A stretch of 31,340 bases of DNA from Macrostomum lignano (taxonomy: Eukaryota), in the NCBI GenBank assembly GCA_002269645.1, contig NIVC01002654.1:121371-152710 (forward strand), read 5' to 3'. Positions 1 to 11,033 of this stretch are shown piece by piece. Within the stretch, counting starts at the first letter, position 1; every line of letters begins with the position of its first letter. The notes under the pieces were generated by a model, which saw only the letters and a list, made by a program, of their open reading frames with translations, was not told where the DNA came from and searched no databases. The position numbers and the translations under genes are program-made.

Positions 1-777
1 TGGGGCCTATCCGACACTGATGTTGCTTATCCATCTCGACTGCGCTCCAGCGGAATTTTCGCTGGAACTGATAACCTGGCTTACGATTTGTCCATTCAAG
101 GCTGCTCTCGCATCAATTATTCGGGATTCCTTGATGACTTTTTATCCACGTACTATCTGTCCTGCGTTGCAAAGTGCACAGCGCCAGGAACTTCTTGTTC
201 GAACTGTGCGACTCCAAGTCGAGACTGTCGCTCATTTTTTCTGCCCTCTTGTCGCTATATGTGCTCGCGCAGAGTGCGTATTAAACATCGGAACCATTCT
301 ACAGATGCTGATCATCGGTTACATCAGGAGTTTTACCGTCCAGACCTCGACCTAGATTGGTGCCACAACGACGGCCTAGTACCAATTGCCAGTCAGCGTT
401 ATCCTATTGGCGGCTCGCACTCTATTGGCGGCGAGTTGAGTTCGGAGCAGCCAGAACAGGGTCGCTGGTACTACACAAACGCTACTGATCTGGCTGGCGT
501 ACAGCCGAATCTGTCCTGGGACCACGCCGACTTTACAGTGCTGCGTAGTCCTCTTCTTAGCTTGGCTTTTCCAGCCAATAGCAGTATTTGCCGATTTCTG
601 CGATGCGGCCGTAAGGGCAGTCTAGCGCCAGCTCGTGCTCCATTGAAAGATGCGGAGCTTAATACAAACGAAAAATCTGACCCCGATGCTGATGCTGAAT
701 CTGGCGGGACAGTGACACGTTGCATGCAGCGCTCCTTCTATGAGCGGCTGTACCGCCATCTGAGCGGCCTGTCTTAG
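1..777 (+). CDS. Partial open reading frame ending at stop 775-777. Frame 1 has no stops from base 1, so this is a possible terminal coding exon of an unknown protein. The listed ORF start at 88 is a TTG.
   Basis: About 259 codons without a stop in moderately GC-rich DNA, followed by AT-rich sequence. The translation is Cys-rich, but I recognise no domain. The frame-1 translation from base 1 was done by hand. Confidence 0.25.
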   Translation, partial: WGLSDTDVAYPSRLRSSGIFAGTDNLAYDLSIQGCSRINYSGFLDDFLSTYYLSCVAKCTAPGTSCSNCATPSRDCRSFFLPSCRYMCSRRVRIKHRNHSTDADHRLHQEFYRPDLDLDWCHNDGLVPIASQRYPIGGSHSIGGELSSEQPEQGRWYYTNATDLAGVQPNLSWDHADFTVLRSPLLSLAFPANSSICRFLRCGRKGSLAPARAPLKDAELNTNEKSDPDADAESGGTVTRCMQRSFYERLYRHLSGLS

Positions 778-1343
778 GTTACATTGGTTTAACGCAAACC
801 CTTTTGCCGAAGAAACATTTTGTTACAGATAAGTTGAATTTGAAACTTGGAAAATATTTTGTTTCTTTCATTATTTTTCAGTTTATGCTTAGCCATATTG
901 CTTTTTAAAATACCACATTATTTGTACTCCAATGAAACTTTTCCTGGAATACGCCGAGGCGCCCAATAATTTATTGTTCAAACTTAATTATTATGATGCT
1001 TTACGCTCTTTTGACCTGAAATATACGAGCTACCATTGACTTTTGCTTCCATCAGAAGCATGCGGTTTCGAGTTAATCTTTATTTTGCGATTATTGTACC
1101 TTAAAAATTGCTAGTGAAGGTACTTACGAGCGTAGTCTCGTTGCTCGTAGATGTATGCTTTTGTTTCAGAATCAGAATCTAAAGAATCTTAGCTCTATCT
1201 ACTCGTCATTGCGTTTGGCAGTTATTTATAGTCGTAATTTGTCGATTTACATTTAGTTTTCAAACGAAGTTAGTGAAATGTTTTCAAGGTGGCGACAATA
1301 AAGTGAATTTAAATATATTTTCGTTTCCGTTTCTTATGCCTGC

Positions 1344-3767
1344 ATGCCTAAAATGCCGCGTCAGCAATCGTCGTCCTCTGAGGACTCATCATCCGAAGAT
1401 GAGAAAGTGAAAAAGCCAACAACCCCTGGAGGCAAAGTGATCCCGAGTCCCAGCAAGACTGGATCAGCTGCAAAAAAACCACAGAAGCGTCCTGTGCCTG
1501 CCGAATCATCAAGCGATTCTGATTCTGATTCGTCTGACGCTAAGCCGCCAGTCAAAAAGGCTGCGCCTGTCAAGCCCGTTGGTAAGAAGGTAGTGGCTGA
1601 GGACTCATCAACCGACTCGTCTTCTGAGAACGAGAAGCCACCAGCCAAGAAGCCAGCTGCTGCCACTCCTGCAGCCAAGCCAGCTGCTGCCACTCCTGCA
1701 GCCAAGACACCCAAAAAGACACCGGTAAAAAAGCAGGAGTCGTCGTCAAGCGACTCGTCTTCTGAGGACGAGAAGCCACCAGCCAAGAAGCCAGCTGCTG
1801 CCACTCCTCCAGCCAAGACACCTAAAAAGACACCGGTAAAAAAGCAGGAGTCGTCATCAAGCGACTCGTCTTCTGAGGACGAGAAGCCACCAGCCAAGAA
1901 GCCAGCTGCTGCAACTCCTCCAGCCAAGACACCCAAAAAGACACCGGTAAAAAAGCAGGAGTCGTCATCAAGCGACTCGTCTTCTGAGGACGAGAAGCCA
2001 CCAGCCAAGAAGCCAGCTGCTGCTACTCCTGCAGCTGCAGCCAAGCCAGTCACAAAAACACCGGCAAAGAAGCAGGAGTCGTCATCAAGCGACTCGTCTT
2101 CTGAGGACGAGAAGCCACCAGCCAAGAAGCCAGCTGCTGCTACTCCTGCAGCTGCAGCCAAGCCAGTCACAAAAACACCGGCAAAGAAGCAGGAGTCGTC
2201 ATCAAGCGACTCGTCTTCTGAGGACGAGAAGCCACCAGCCAAGAAGCCAGCTGCTGCTACTCCTGCAGCCAAGCCAGCTGCTGCCACTCCTGCAGCCAAG
2301 ACACCCAAAAAGACACCGGTAAAAAAGCAGGAGTCGTCGTCAAGCGACTCGTCTTCTGAGGACGAGAAGCCACCAGCCAAGAAGCCAGCTGCTGCCACTC
2401 CTCCAGCCAAGCCAGCCACAAAGACACCGGTAAAGAAAAAGGAGTCGTCATCAAGCGACTCTTCTTCTGAGGATGAGAAGCCAACAGCTAAGAAAGTAGC
2501 TCCTGCTGCTGCCACTCCTGCAGCCAAGACACCCAAAAAGACACCAGTAAAGAAGCAAGATTCTTCATCCAGTGATTCTTCGGATGATGAACAGCCGCCA
2601 CCAAAAAAGATCGCCCTTACTAACAACGCCAATAAAAAGTCGCCCGTGTCAGAAAAGCTGCCAAACGGAAAGCATATTGTGCCAAAAGCGACGCATTGCC
2701 TTCTGCTAAGCAATCTGGATCCTTCCATCACTCGAAAGGACCTGTCCAACTTTTTGGACGACAAAGACATTGCTCGTCTTGACGCAGGTTTAGTCAGTGC
2801 TCCGATTGCAATGATCTGCTTTGAAAGTAAATCTGATGCAGATGCTGCGGCCTCTAAGTGCCAAAATGCGTCTCTAAAGAATCGACAGTTCAGCATTAAC
2901 ACTTTGTCCGGACCGGTGGATCATCTCCAAGTACTACTTGGAGACGGTGCACCGAAGGTTTCAGCTCCAATGACGAATGACTTTTCTCAGAAAGACAAAT
3001 CTCGCGAAGAACTGCGCGGACAGGCTCGCTCTGTTATTTTGCTAAATGTGCCTGCCGATGCAGAGGAATCAGATGTGCGCGCTGCTTTTCCAGGGGGTTC
3101 TCGCTACAATGTTAAGACTCGTCCCGGTTCTGACACAGGCGTCTGCTTTGTGGATTTTGATTCAGAGGCTGACTGCTCTGCCGGTTTTGACGAATTCCGC
3201 GGCGTTGGACAATTCGGCGGTCGCGAGGTTGCTGTCGCCTTCGTTGCGCCAAGGCCGGAAAGGAAGTCATTTGGTGGCGGTGGCGGGGGCGGTCCTGGTT
3301 CAGATAATCCTCCGTCAAAAACTGTTGGCGTGTTTAATCTTCCGTACAGTGCCACTGTCGAACAGTTGTGGGAGTATTTCCCTAAAGCACAAGATCTGTT
3401 TATTCCTAAAGGCGATGATGGCCGCAGCCGCGGATTTGCTTTCGTCACGTTTGACTCGATTGATAGCGCCAGCGAGGCTGTCAACGCTGGACTGACTCTG
3501 GACGGTCGGCAGACCCGGATCGAGTATCGCGAAGATCGCAGTGGAGGCGGACGTGGCGGTGGCCGTGGCGGCGGCCGCGGTGGATTTGGCGGTGGCCGTG
3601 GTGGCTTTGACAGTGGGCGTGGCGGTGGCCGAGGTGGCGGCTTTGGCGGTGGTCGTGGCGGTCGTGGTGGAGGCCGCGGTGGACGTGGAGGCTTTGGCGC
3701 TCCCAAGCCTCGCATAGAGATCGATACAGCCAAGCAGAGCCGCAAGTTGGATTCTGACTCGGATTAA
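1344..3767 (+). CDS. NCL: Nucleolin-like nucleolar RNA-binding protein, single uninterrupted 807-aa ORF. N-terminal acidic Ser/Asp/Glu clusters alternate with basic K/P/A/T repeats. Three RRM-like domains follow (RNP1-like RGFAFVTF in the last), then a C-terminal Gly/Arg-rich (RGG/GAR) domain.
   Basis: Direct reading of the translation gives the repeat EDEKPPAKKPAAATPAAKTPKKTPVKKQESSSSDSSS about 9 times. RRM-like blocks include KTVGVFNLPYSATVEQLWEYF...RGFAFVTFDS. The tail is (GGGRGG)n. This matches the known nucleolin/NSR1 domain order. The antisense 513-aa ORF is a repeat artefact. Confidence 0.8.
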   Translation: MPKMPRQQSSSSEDSSSEDEKVKKPTTPGGKVIPSPSKTGSAAKKPQKRPVPAESSSDSDSDSSDAKPPVKKAAPVKPVGKKVVAEDSSTDSSSENEKPPAKKPAAATPAAKPAAATPAAKTPKKTPVKKQESSSSDSSSEDEKPPAKKPAAATPPAKTPKKTPVKKQESSSSDSSSEDEKPPAKKPAAATPPAKTPKKTPVKKQESSSSDSSSEDEKPPAKKPAAATPAAAAKPVTKTPAKKQESSSSDSSSEDEKPPAKKPAAATPAAAAKPVTKTPAKKQESSSSDSSSEDEKPPAKKPAAATPAAKPAAATPAAKTPKKTPVKKQESSSSDSSSEDEKPPAKKPAAATPPAKPATKTPVKKKESSSSDSSSEDEKPTAKKVAPAAATPAAKTPKKTPVKKQDSSSSDSSDDEQPPPKKIALTNNANKKSPVSEKLPNGKHIVPKATHCLLLSNLDPSITRKDLSNFLDDKDIARLDAGLVSAPIAMICFESKSDADAAASKCQNASLKNRQFSINTLSGPVDHLQVLLGDGAPKVSAPMTNDFSQKDKSREELRGQARSVILLNVPADAEESDVRAAFPGGSRYNVKTRPGSDTGVCFVDFDSEADCSAGFDEFRGVGQFGGREVAVAFVAPRPERKSFGGGGGGGPGSDNPPSKTVGVFNLPYSATVEQLWEYFPKAQDLFIPKGDDGRSRGFAFVTFDSIDSASEAVNAGLTLDGRQTRIEYREDRSGGGRGGGRGGGRGGFGGGRGGFDSGRGGGRGGGFGGGRGGRGGGRGGRGGFGAPKPRIEIDTAKQSRKLDSDSD
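1630..2560 (+). repeat. In-frame coding tandem repeat inside the nucleolin-like gene, with units of 111, 117 and 138 bp and about 8-9 copies, many identical to the base.
   Basis: The motif cgactcgtcttctgaggacgag recurs at 1751, 1862, 1973, 2090, 2207 and 2345, giving spacings of 111, 111, 117, 117 and 138. Confidence 0.85.
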
Positions 3768-3857
3768 TTTATGTTTCATCTAACTTTCCTAAGCTGCGAC
3801 GCTTTTTGAAGCTTTATTTTCCATCTTTTTGTGTCTGCTGAATTTCAGCACATTATT

Positions 3858-3863
3858 AATAAA
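3858..3863 (+). promoter_or_regulatory. AATAAA polyadenylation signal about 90 bp downstream of the nucleolin-like stop codon.
   Basis: The hexamer aataaa within cattattaataaaagc. No genomic poly-A tract follows. Confidence 0.4.
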
Positions 3864-5720
3864 AGCAAAACAGTTTAATGCTTCAAATACTATCTTTGTT
3901 ACTGTATTTGTGGTTTGCTAAATTTGATTAATTCGTATTTTTGGGTGTTTTCCTCTTACATCGTCGCTCATTGGTCGCGATTTTGTTTAATGTCATCCTT
4001 GCAGTTGAAAATTTGCTAACAGACCAATTTTTTAAACTAAAACTTTTTAAATTGTATTGTTCAACAAATTTTCAACAAAATCGGCAAATTATTAATGCTG
4101 TACTTATTACAGTTTGGTACAATTATTCTCCTATTTCATACTGCAAACCTTTTCTGTCGTGACTAAAATTTTTTTCGGTTTGTTGTGAGACGGCTAAAAA
4201 GGCCGGTCGCTTAGAGCGTTTTAAGCCTAAAAAACATCTTTTTCACGAGGCGGCATTTTGCATTTGCACCATTACCAGTCCCTGTCTATCTAAGCATTGT
4301 TCGTTTTAATAATTCTCAATGGATAGGCGGGGTAATAAATTTGACATTTATTGTGCCTATCGCAGAAGAGCAAACGCCGTGTTTTACTGTGGCAACGCGC
4401 AACAGTGCTATTGGAATAAAAAAAACTGTGCCATTGGAGGCATATCCTTTGTTGTCTTGTCTTTTCTGTCAAATGTTTTAAAGGACTGAACTCTAGTTGA
4501 TGAAGTAGACTGGGTTATGATATATTATTGATAGAAATCCTATTTTAGATTCTAGTCTAGTTCATTGTGCACTTCATGTAGCTAGAAGTGATGCTCTAGA
4601 AGTGCTTGCTTTGGTTTTTATCTACGTTCTGTCAGCCAAAACAACTGAATCCCTCTATACAAAAAATTTACATCACTGCATATTTCTTTCATCATATCCA
4701 ATAAAATTGCTTGTCTAAATCTTTAAGATTTGCGTCTATCCCGCTCTAGAATTAAAGCTTCTATGCAGATACTAAACCGCTAGACGGGGACCTTAGGCTG
4801 CACGAGTAATGTCTCACTTTTTCTGCCTGGTGCGTCCTTCTTGACACATTTTGCCGTGCATCGTCATTTGATCTTGCATCTGCGGTGTTTCAATCGTCTG
4901 ATATAGCACTTCATCGCCCTAAATCTCGAAGTTGCGTCACTTGGTCCATTGCGGTTGCTGTCTCGGCGTTGGCCTACTCTGCACCATCCGCTGAAGGATC
5001 TAAGCCGACCAAATGAGGCTGTGCATGCTGCTATATCTGTTCAGTCTCTCACTTTTGATGGCGAGCAGCAGTGACCTGCTATCGGATAAGATGAGCGCGC
5101 TTCGCGGTCCCTTTTCCTCCAGCAGTTCGAGGGCGAGGTGCAAGGCCGCGTCGTACTTTAACCGTCATATGCAGGCTGATTATTGACATCATCATCAACA
5201 GAAACGTCGCTGAAGAGGATCGACTCACCTATAGTGGCCCCGATACGTCTGAAGCGATTGATGTCTCCTTTCTTGGAACCCCGAAACTGGAGCTCGGGGT
5301 AGATAATGGTGCCGTTTTATCAACCGTAGCCATTGAGGTGTCTGATGGTCGCAGACAGCTCCCTGGGAGCGTGACTGATCGACTGAGTCACTGACCGAAC
5401 CCGCTCGCGCCAGCCCTTGTTGGCTTTGAGGCATTGAGGGACGGTGGGCTCGCAGAGCTGCCTCAGGATGTTGAGTGTGGTTTAATAATCGCTTTCTCCC
5501 ATTCCATAACGCACGTATAGCGCGCCCTGTAGATGGTGGAGGAGGTGCCTCCAGATAGACTATTGTCTCCAGATAGACGGCCTCTGTCAGGGTGGATCGA
5601 ACGAGACCAGCCGTTATCCGCAGCCACTCTTTGAACTCTTTTTTTCCATATTCGTTTTAGAGATCCAAGGTAACCAAGCAGATGCGCAGTACCAAAAACG
5701 CAGCTTTTAACCACTGCCTT

Positions 5721-6081
5721 TTTTATTAGAGGCAGGGGGGTTGTGTGCACCCTGGCGCACTTTAAGCGACATAGGCACACAACCGGCGAGAGGCATTACT
5801 TCCCATTCCGCCGACTCCCCTGAGCAGGCATACAAGCGCGCGGATACGTACGCAGGCACACACTCACACAGGAGTGCACAGCGCGGCCCTAACTTTATAT
5901 TATCGTTAGGCATGTACACTTCACTGCGCCTGGGGGGGTTGGCTCTCAAGGCCGTTAATTGCACGAGCAGAGCCAAGCCGAGATTCCAATTCAGCCCCAA
6001 ATTAATGTGACTGCACTTGGAATCGAGCCTGGGTCGCTGGCACACCAGAGCCTGCGCTAGACCGCTGGGCTATGGCCCCCC
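5721..6081 (-). mobile_element. tRNA-derived SINE of about 360 bp, minus orientation, flanked by 13-bp target-site duplications TAACCACTGCCTT at 5708-5720 and 6082-6094. A T-run (the A-tail on the element strand) sits at the left end.
   Basis: The minus strand begins GGGGGGCCATAGCCCAGCGGTCTAGCGCAGG...GGCTCGATTCC. It has an A-box-like TAGCCCAGCGG and a B-box-like GGCTCGATTCC. A perfect 13-bp direct repeat flanks it. Confidence 0.5.
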
Positions 6082-9000
6082 TAACCACTGCCTTGTGAAT
6101 GTATATTTTTTATCAAACACTCCATCCGCCACCCTTGATCAGTATTAGCCAGCACTCTGATCATACAACTTCTCTTCCTCTTTTTCTCCACGGCGTAGTC
6201 AGTCAGTCTGCTTTGAAATTTCAAGCCGAGTGCGCACTCTGAGGTACTTACACGTAAGCGAGCTTTTGCATTCTATGGTATTGCCAATTGCCATTTATCA
6301 CTGCACTATGTTGGGGATGGTGGACTTGTCCCTGGGCGAGCGGCTAAAAAGCAGGTCTCGCACTCACGTAGTTGAGGTCAATCCTTAATCCAGTGGCCTA
6401 GCAGCCGATGTTGTCCAACGCCTGCATGCTGTCCCTGATTTTATTAACTGTGTCGCCGCTCGTCTATATTGTCGGCAAAACCGCCATATTCAACTCAACC
6501 TTCAGACCATCCCAGTTGTTCACATAGATCAGAAAGAGCACAAAGGAACTCAACTGGCCGCTCTCTGGGGGAGGCCCTCCTGGTACCTCGGGTGTTTACT
6601 GTGCCCATTGCCCAAATGAACCCTGGCCTTGAAGCTGGCAAACAATTTCGTGAAGCTCCCTCATCCATGATTCTTTTGAGCAGACTCACTCAGGACTCAG
6701 AGGAGTTTTTAAGTGACCGTTTCAATCCGAGAGTCTATGACTCTCGCGCAGGCAGACCGAGACCGGTTTTGCCTTGTATATATCTGCCTTCGTCAGTGAG
6801 CCATAGCCACACACCATCCTCTCCCACCACTTTGTGTGCACAAACGCATATTTTTTGCTTATATGGCGACATTTTTCAGGCTATGGTGAGATCGATATTT
6901 TTATGATTCAAACCTTTATTTGTCTACTTTTCTCAATAGTAGTCTAAATTGAATTTCTCACAAAGTTCTTACACTAATCAAGGAGCACCACTTATGAGCT
7001 CACAAAATGCACCCGCCAATAGAATATTTTAGTTCATATATACGCAACAACATTAAAAAGTCGCCACTTTTGACTTTTGAGTGACGCAACTTGCGCCACG
7101 CGACGCAGAGTTGGGTTGGGTGAGGAGGGATTGGGAAGAGCGGAGGGCGAAGATTGGATGGATTGAAGCTTCCGCCCGGTTTTCATTGTTTTTCAAGCAT
7201 TTTTCATTATCAAAATGGTTGGCCAGGTGATAGAAGCTGATCGACACTGCTCACTGGGGAAAAAGGGTGTCGACTCTTCAATGTTGCTAAGTATATATAC
7301 TCGCACGTTCGATGCCAATCTCATATACTAAAAATCGGTCCTAAAACTTATAGAAGAAATTTGAGTAGCTATTAGTTAGATGTCTGCTATCTAGTTATAT
7401 GCATCTTTAACGTAAAACTTTAAAAGAAAATTGAAGTTTATTTACTCAGAATTAATTTGGTCATCTGAATTCGATTATTGAATGTACTTTTAAACTTTTC
7501 ATAAGAAATCTATCGAATTGTTACTGTACATGTAAAGTTGGTCACAATGCTATAGGCAAAAGTTAAAGAGTAAAGCTTCTCTCTATAATCGACTTGAGGA
7601 CTTAGCGATATGAACTTGGCATCAGCGAGTTTTGCGAACTATGCTGGAACAAATTTCCTTTTCTTTCTCGCATGCACCGTACAAAAAGAAGAGAATCCAG
7701 AGAGAACCTGGAAGGGCAAGAAGGGAAGAGATGGGAGGAAGAGAGTCTGCAGTTTCGGAACTGGCTGCTCTCAACGCAGACTCAATCTCTCCCTTAACTC
7801 TTTCCCCTTGCTTCCTACGCACCCAACGCGAATCCAGGGCCCCCTTGCCCTTCCTCTCGCAGCTCCCTCATCCTTCCTCTCCCAAACGGACGAGATTGAG
7901 CGGCTGCCCGGTTCAAATTCCCCCGGCCAATCCCGGGGGCGAATAGAGGCTTTGGATCGGACCATGACTGCATGGCTTGCCAGTTGGCAACGGAGATGGC
8001 GAGTTGGGCGGGTGGGGGCTGCAAATCCAGACGCGACTCAAACACCGAGAGAGGGGGAGAGAGACCGATGGGTGAGGCTGTGGGCGAAACATCCTTGCAG
8101 AAGAACCTCTGCCTTTGAAGGAAGGAGGCAGAGAAATAGAAGGCGGAAGAGACCGGATTAAATCTGAACGGCGAAATCCGCGTGCGCCTAGACCTTCCAA
8201 GTTCTAGCTCCATCATCTATTGTTACAGCTGCTGCGTGTTACGTTAGGTTCTACTTTTCGTTGCTTTATCAGTTTGCAAGGTAAGTGTGCATCACTCCTA
8301 TTTCTTGCGAGTTTGTTGCAGTTCAATTATTTATTCATAATTTGTAGCAGTTCTACCCAGTTGGCCTCCAAAAACGAATGACAAAAGCTCGAACTTTGCC
8401 ACCTCTGACGTGACATCCACCGGCCTAGATGTGGGTAGGGGCGCCATGAAGTTGCGCCATGAGGTTGCGGCCCCTCCGATTAAAATTCCTGTGTACGCCA
8501 CTGATGTACGACTCGTACAGCTATAATCTATTCATTTAGCTGGCGCAATGTTGTTAAAAGTAAAATTAGTAAAATTAATTAATTAATTTCTAGTAAAATT
8601 ATTTCCTGAATCCCTGGCATGGACTCAGAGCTATATCCACCAGTCTTATTCGGACTGCAATAAAATTGTGACAGCTGCATCTGCAGTCAATCAAGTTTAC
8701 TAGCGACAATCAGTAGCTGAGATAGAATGTTTGAGTAGAGTTTTGGGACGCATGAGTCAATTATCTCTCCTAAAATATGAGAGCGCTGAGACTGCTTACT
8801 GCTTAACAAAAACAGTCTAAAGCTGCTACATGGCGTTTTACATTCCGATTGGAATTCATCGATCCAAAGTGTAGATTTAACTCACATCAATCGAAGATTG
8901 GTACCTAATCTCATTGTTAAATTGTCAAATGCCTTTGGGAAGTTTAATTATCCCTCGTACGCAGTGGCGTAATGGGAGGCATAAGAGCTTTAATAATCCG

Positions 9001-9503
9001 AAAATAGCATTTCTTTTTTGTTTAAATCAATGCCAGAGCATCGAAAACTTTTTATTTCTCGTTAGATATTTTTGCACGGAAATTGACTTGTGATTACACA
9101 ACGAGCAGGTGATTGACAGTACGTTCATCCTGATCGCCAACCCTCAAGATAGCAGGTGTTCATGTTTACTCGTACATGCCTAACTATGAGAAAGTCGTGT
9201 GAGCTACATGTAGTGTGTCCGTCTGCGTGCATATACGTGTGTGTGTGCACATCAGCTGTGTGATTTGATTGCGGAGCGAACGAGCCTTTTCTTTCTCGAG
9301 AATAAGCTCTCGTATAGCTACATGTATTTTGCTTGCGGACGTAGAAAATTCCTGAAACAAAGTCTAAAGCACTGTCCCGGAGCAGAAAATTTTCGCTTCA
9401 TTTCCCATCGCAAAGAATCCACAGAATTAACTGATTCCCGTGCACTTTTAATGTATTCATTATCTGTCTCCGTCCCTCTCCAGTCCCAGAGTAAGAATTA
9501 ATT

Positions 9504-9521
9504 GCTGCTGCTGCTGCTGCT
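9504..9521. repeat. (GCT)6 microsatellite.
   Basis: gctgctgctgctgctgct. Confidence 0.9.
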
Positions 9522-10317
9522 ATTCAAATATAGGAGCCCATAGTCTCCGGGGGTGGGGGCGAGTCTCAAGAAAATCCATATCCAGCTAATATAAAGACCT
9601 GCTATGGGTGCGCCTACATTCAATTTGAGCGATAAAGAAGAAATGGCGGATAGGCACTTTTGCTAATCTCCTCCCCCTTTTTCTCTGTCCTCTCCTGGCA
9701 TACGCGAATGAGTGCGCGCGTATCTCCACGGATCGTCGACAGTCCGCACTCCCCCAGCCCTTCAACTGCGAAGGCGAACGATATACGATTGACTGTGTAG
9801 CCAAATTATCCCTCCCCTGATCTCTGTGTGTCGCCGGGTCTGCCCTAGCACTCGCCGACTGTACGCTTGGCGTCCCCTAAACTCTGCTGTTCCCCGTCCC
9901 CCCGCTCTGTATCTGTCTTGTTTCTAGCCACCAACCCTCACTTTGATATTCAACAGGCAGGCTTGGAGAAAGAAAACAGTTCTTTTGCAAAGATATCCCT
10001 TGCCAATTCGCTTCCCCCTAGCCCGAGTCGGGGAGAGGCAATCAATTCTAGTCCCTCTCTCTCACTGGGGAGGGCTGACACCAACCCCGGCCGGCAGGAA
10101 AAATTTCCCAATCTAGGCTACTCCGGCTGAGCGCGCAGCGGGACGGGGGTCGACGGAGCGTCTCAATTCCTGGACACAGCCGTCTTCTCTGGTGAGAACG
10201 GAGCGGAGAGCCTTGAATAGAAATAGCCAAGACAGTTTCAGCACTTGTTCTCAGCACAGCATTCCGATACTAAAGAAGAAATAACTCAGGTGAGAACCGT
10301 TTTCCCTATCTCTAACC

Positions 10318-10580
10318 GGATAGAAATGGCACTCATCCTGTTAGATAGGCAATGCCATCATCCAATGGAAGTGGCACTCATCCTGTTAGATAGGCAATGA
10401 CATCATCCAATGGAAGTGGCGCTCATCCTGTTAGATAGACAATAGCATCATCCAATGGAAGTGGCACTCATCCTGTTAGATAGGCAATGCCATCATCGAA
10501 TGGAAGTGGCACTCATCCTGGTAGATAGACAATGGCATCATCCAAAGGAAGTGGCGCTTATCCTGCTAGACAAAAGCAGA
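10318..10580. repeat. 45-bp minisatellite with about 5.5 copies and the unit ggaagtggcactcatcctgttagataggcaatgccatcatccaat. It ends about 15 bp before the KCNMB-like start codon.
   Basis: The motif actcatcctg recurs at 10331, 10376 and 10422, giving a 45-bp period. Confidence 0.9.
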
Positions 10581-10595
10581 TAATGCAATCAATGT

Positions 10596-11033
10596 ATGGA
10601 TCTCTATCACTATTTGCAGAGCCGAGAAGCAATCTCCGCACTGATGGCTCTGGAGCCTCACGGTGTGTGCCACACACTGTGCATAAAATGGAGCGTTGCC
10701 AAGATCATCTATCTCCTATCCGGCTCGCTAATTGTATGCGGCTTCACCGTGGAGATGATTGTCATCGGCATGATAGTGGCGCCCTACCTCAGGGAGGCCG
10801 AGTTCGTGGAGGCCAGTTGCCAGTTTAACTCCAGTCGGTATACCGGCTACACAGACTGCCAAGATGTGAATAGAAAGCCAAATAACAACTTCCCTTGTCT
10901 AGAGGTGCTGGTCAACTTTTTCCCCCACAGTTCCAGTAAATTGCCAGTAAATTCCAGTAAATTGTTCGGAGGCGGAGTGGCCACCATCTACTCCGTGCTG
11001 TCGTACTATGAGGAGTCTTCTAGTACGTCAAAG
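10596..11033 (+). CDS. Exon 1 of KCNMB-like paralog 1 (BK-channel beta-subunit-like two-TM protein). It has a short N-terminus, TM1 (IIYLLSGSLIVCGFTVEMIVIGMIV) and a Cys-containing extracellular loop. It ends at the donor AAG|gtgagc, phase 0.
   Basis: The motif PYLREAEFVEASCQFNS resembles the PALQDLQATEANCTVLS region of vertebrate KCNMB4 as I recall it. The donor GTGAGC immediately follows the last in-frame codon before the stop. An internal Met 17 codons downstream of the start (MALEPHG...) is an alternative start. Confidence 0.6.

Noticed and set aside
1361-2902. 513-aa minus-strand ORF antisense to the nucleolin-like gene. The Pro-rich ORFs 3104..3745 and 3315..3779 are antisense to the GAR domain.
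   Set aside because: They are low-complexity G/A/S/F or P translations produced by the reverse complement of in-frame coding repeats and the RGG tract. The sense strand gives a coherent multi-domain protein.
7610-8216. Overlapping ORFs of 95-183 aa on both strands.
   Set aside because: Several frames on both strands stay open at once, which is typical of GC-rich non-coding DNA. The translations are low-complexity Arg/Pro/Gly.
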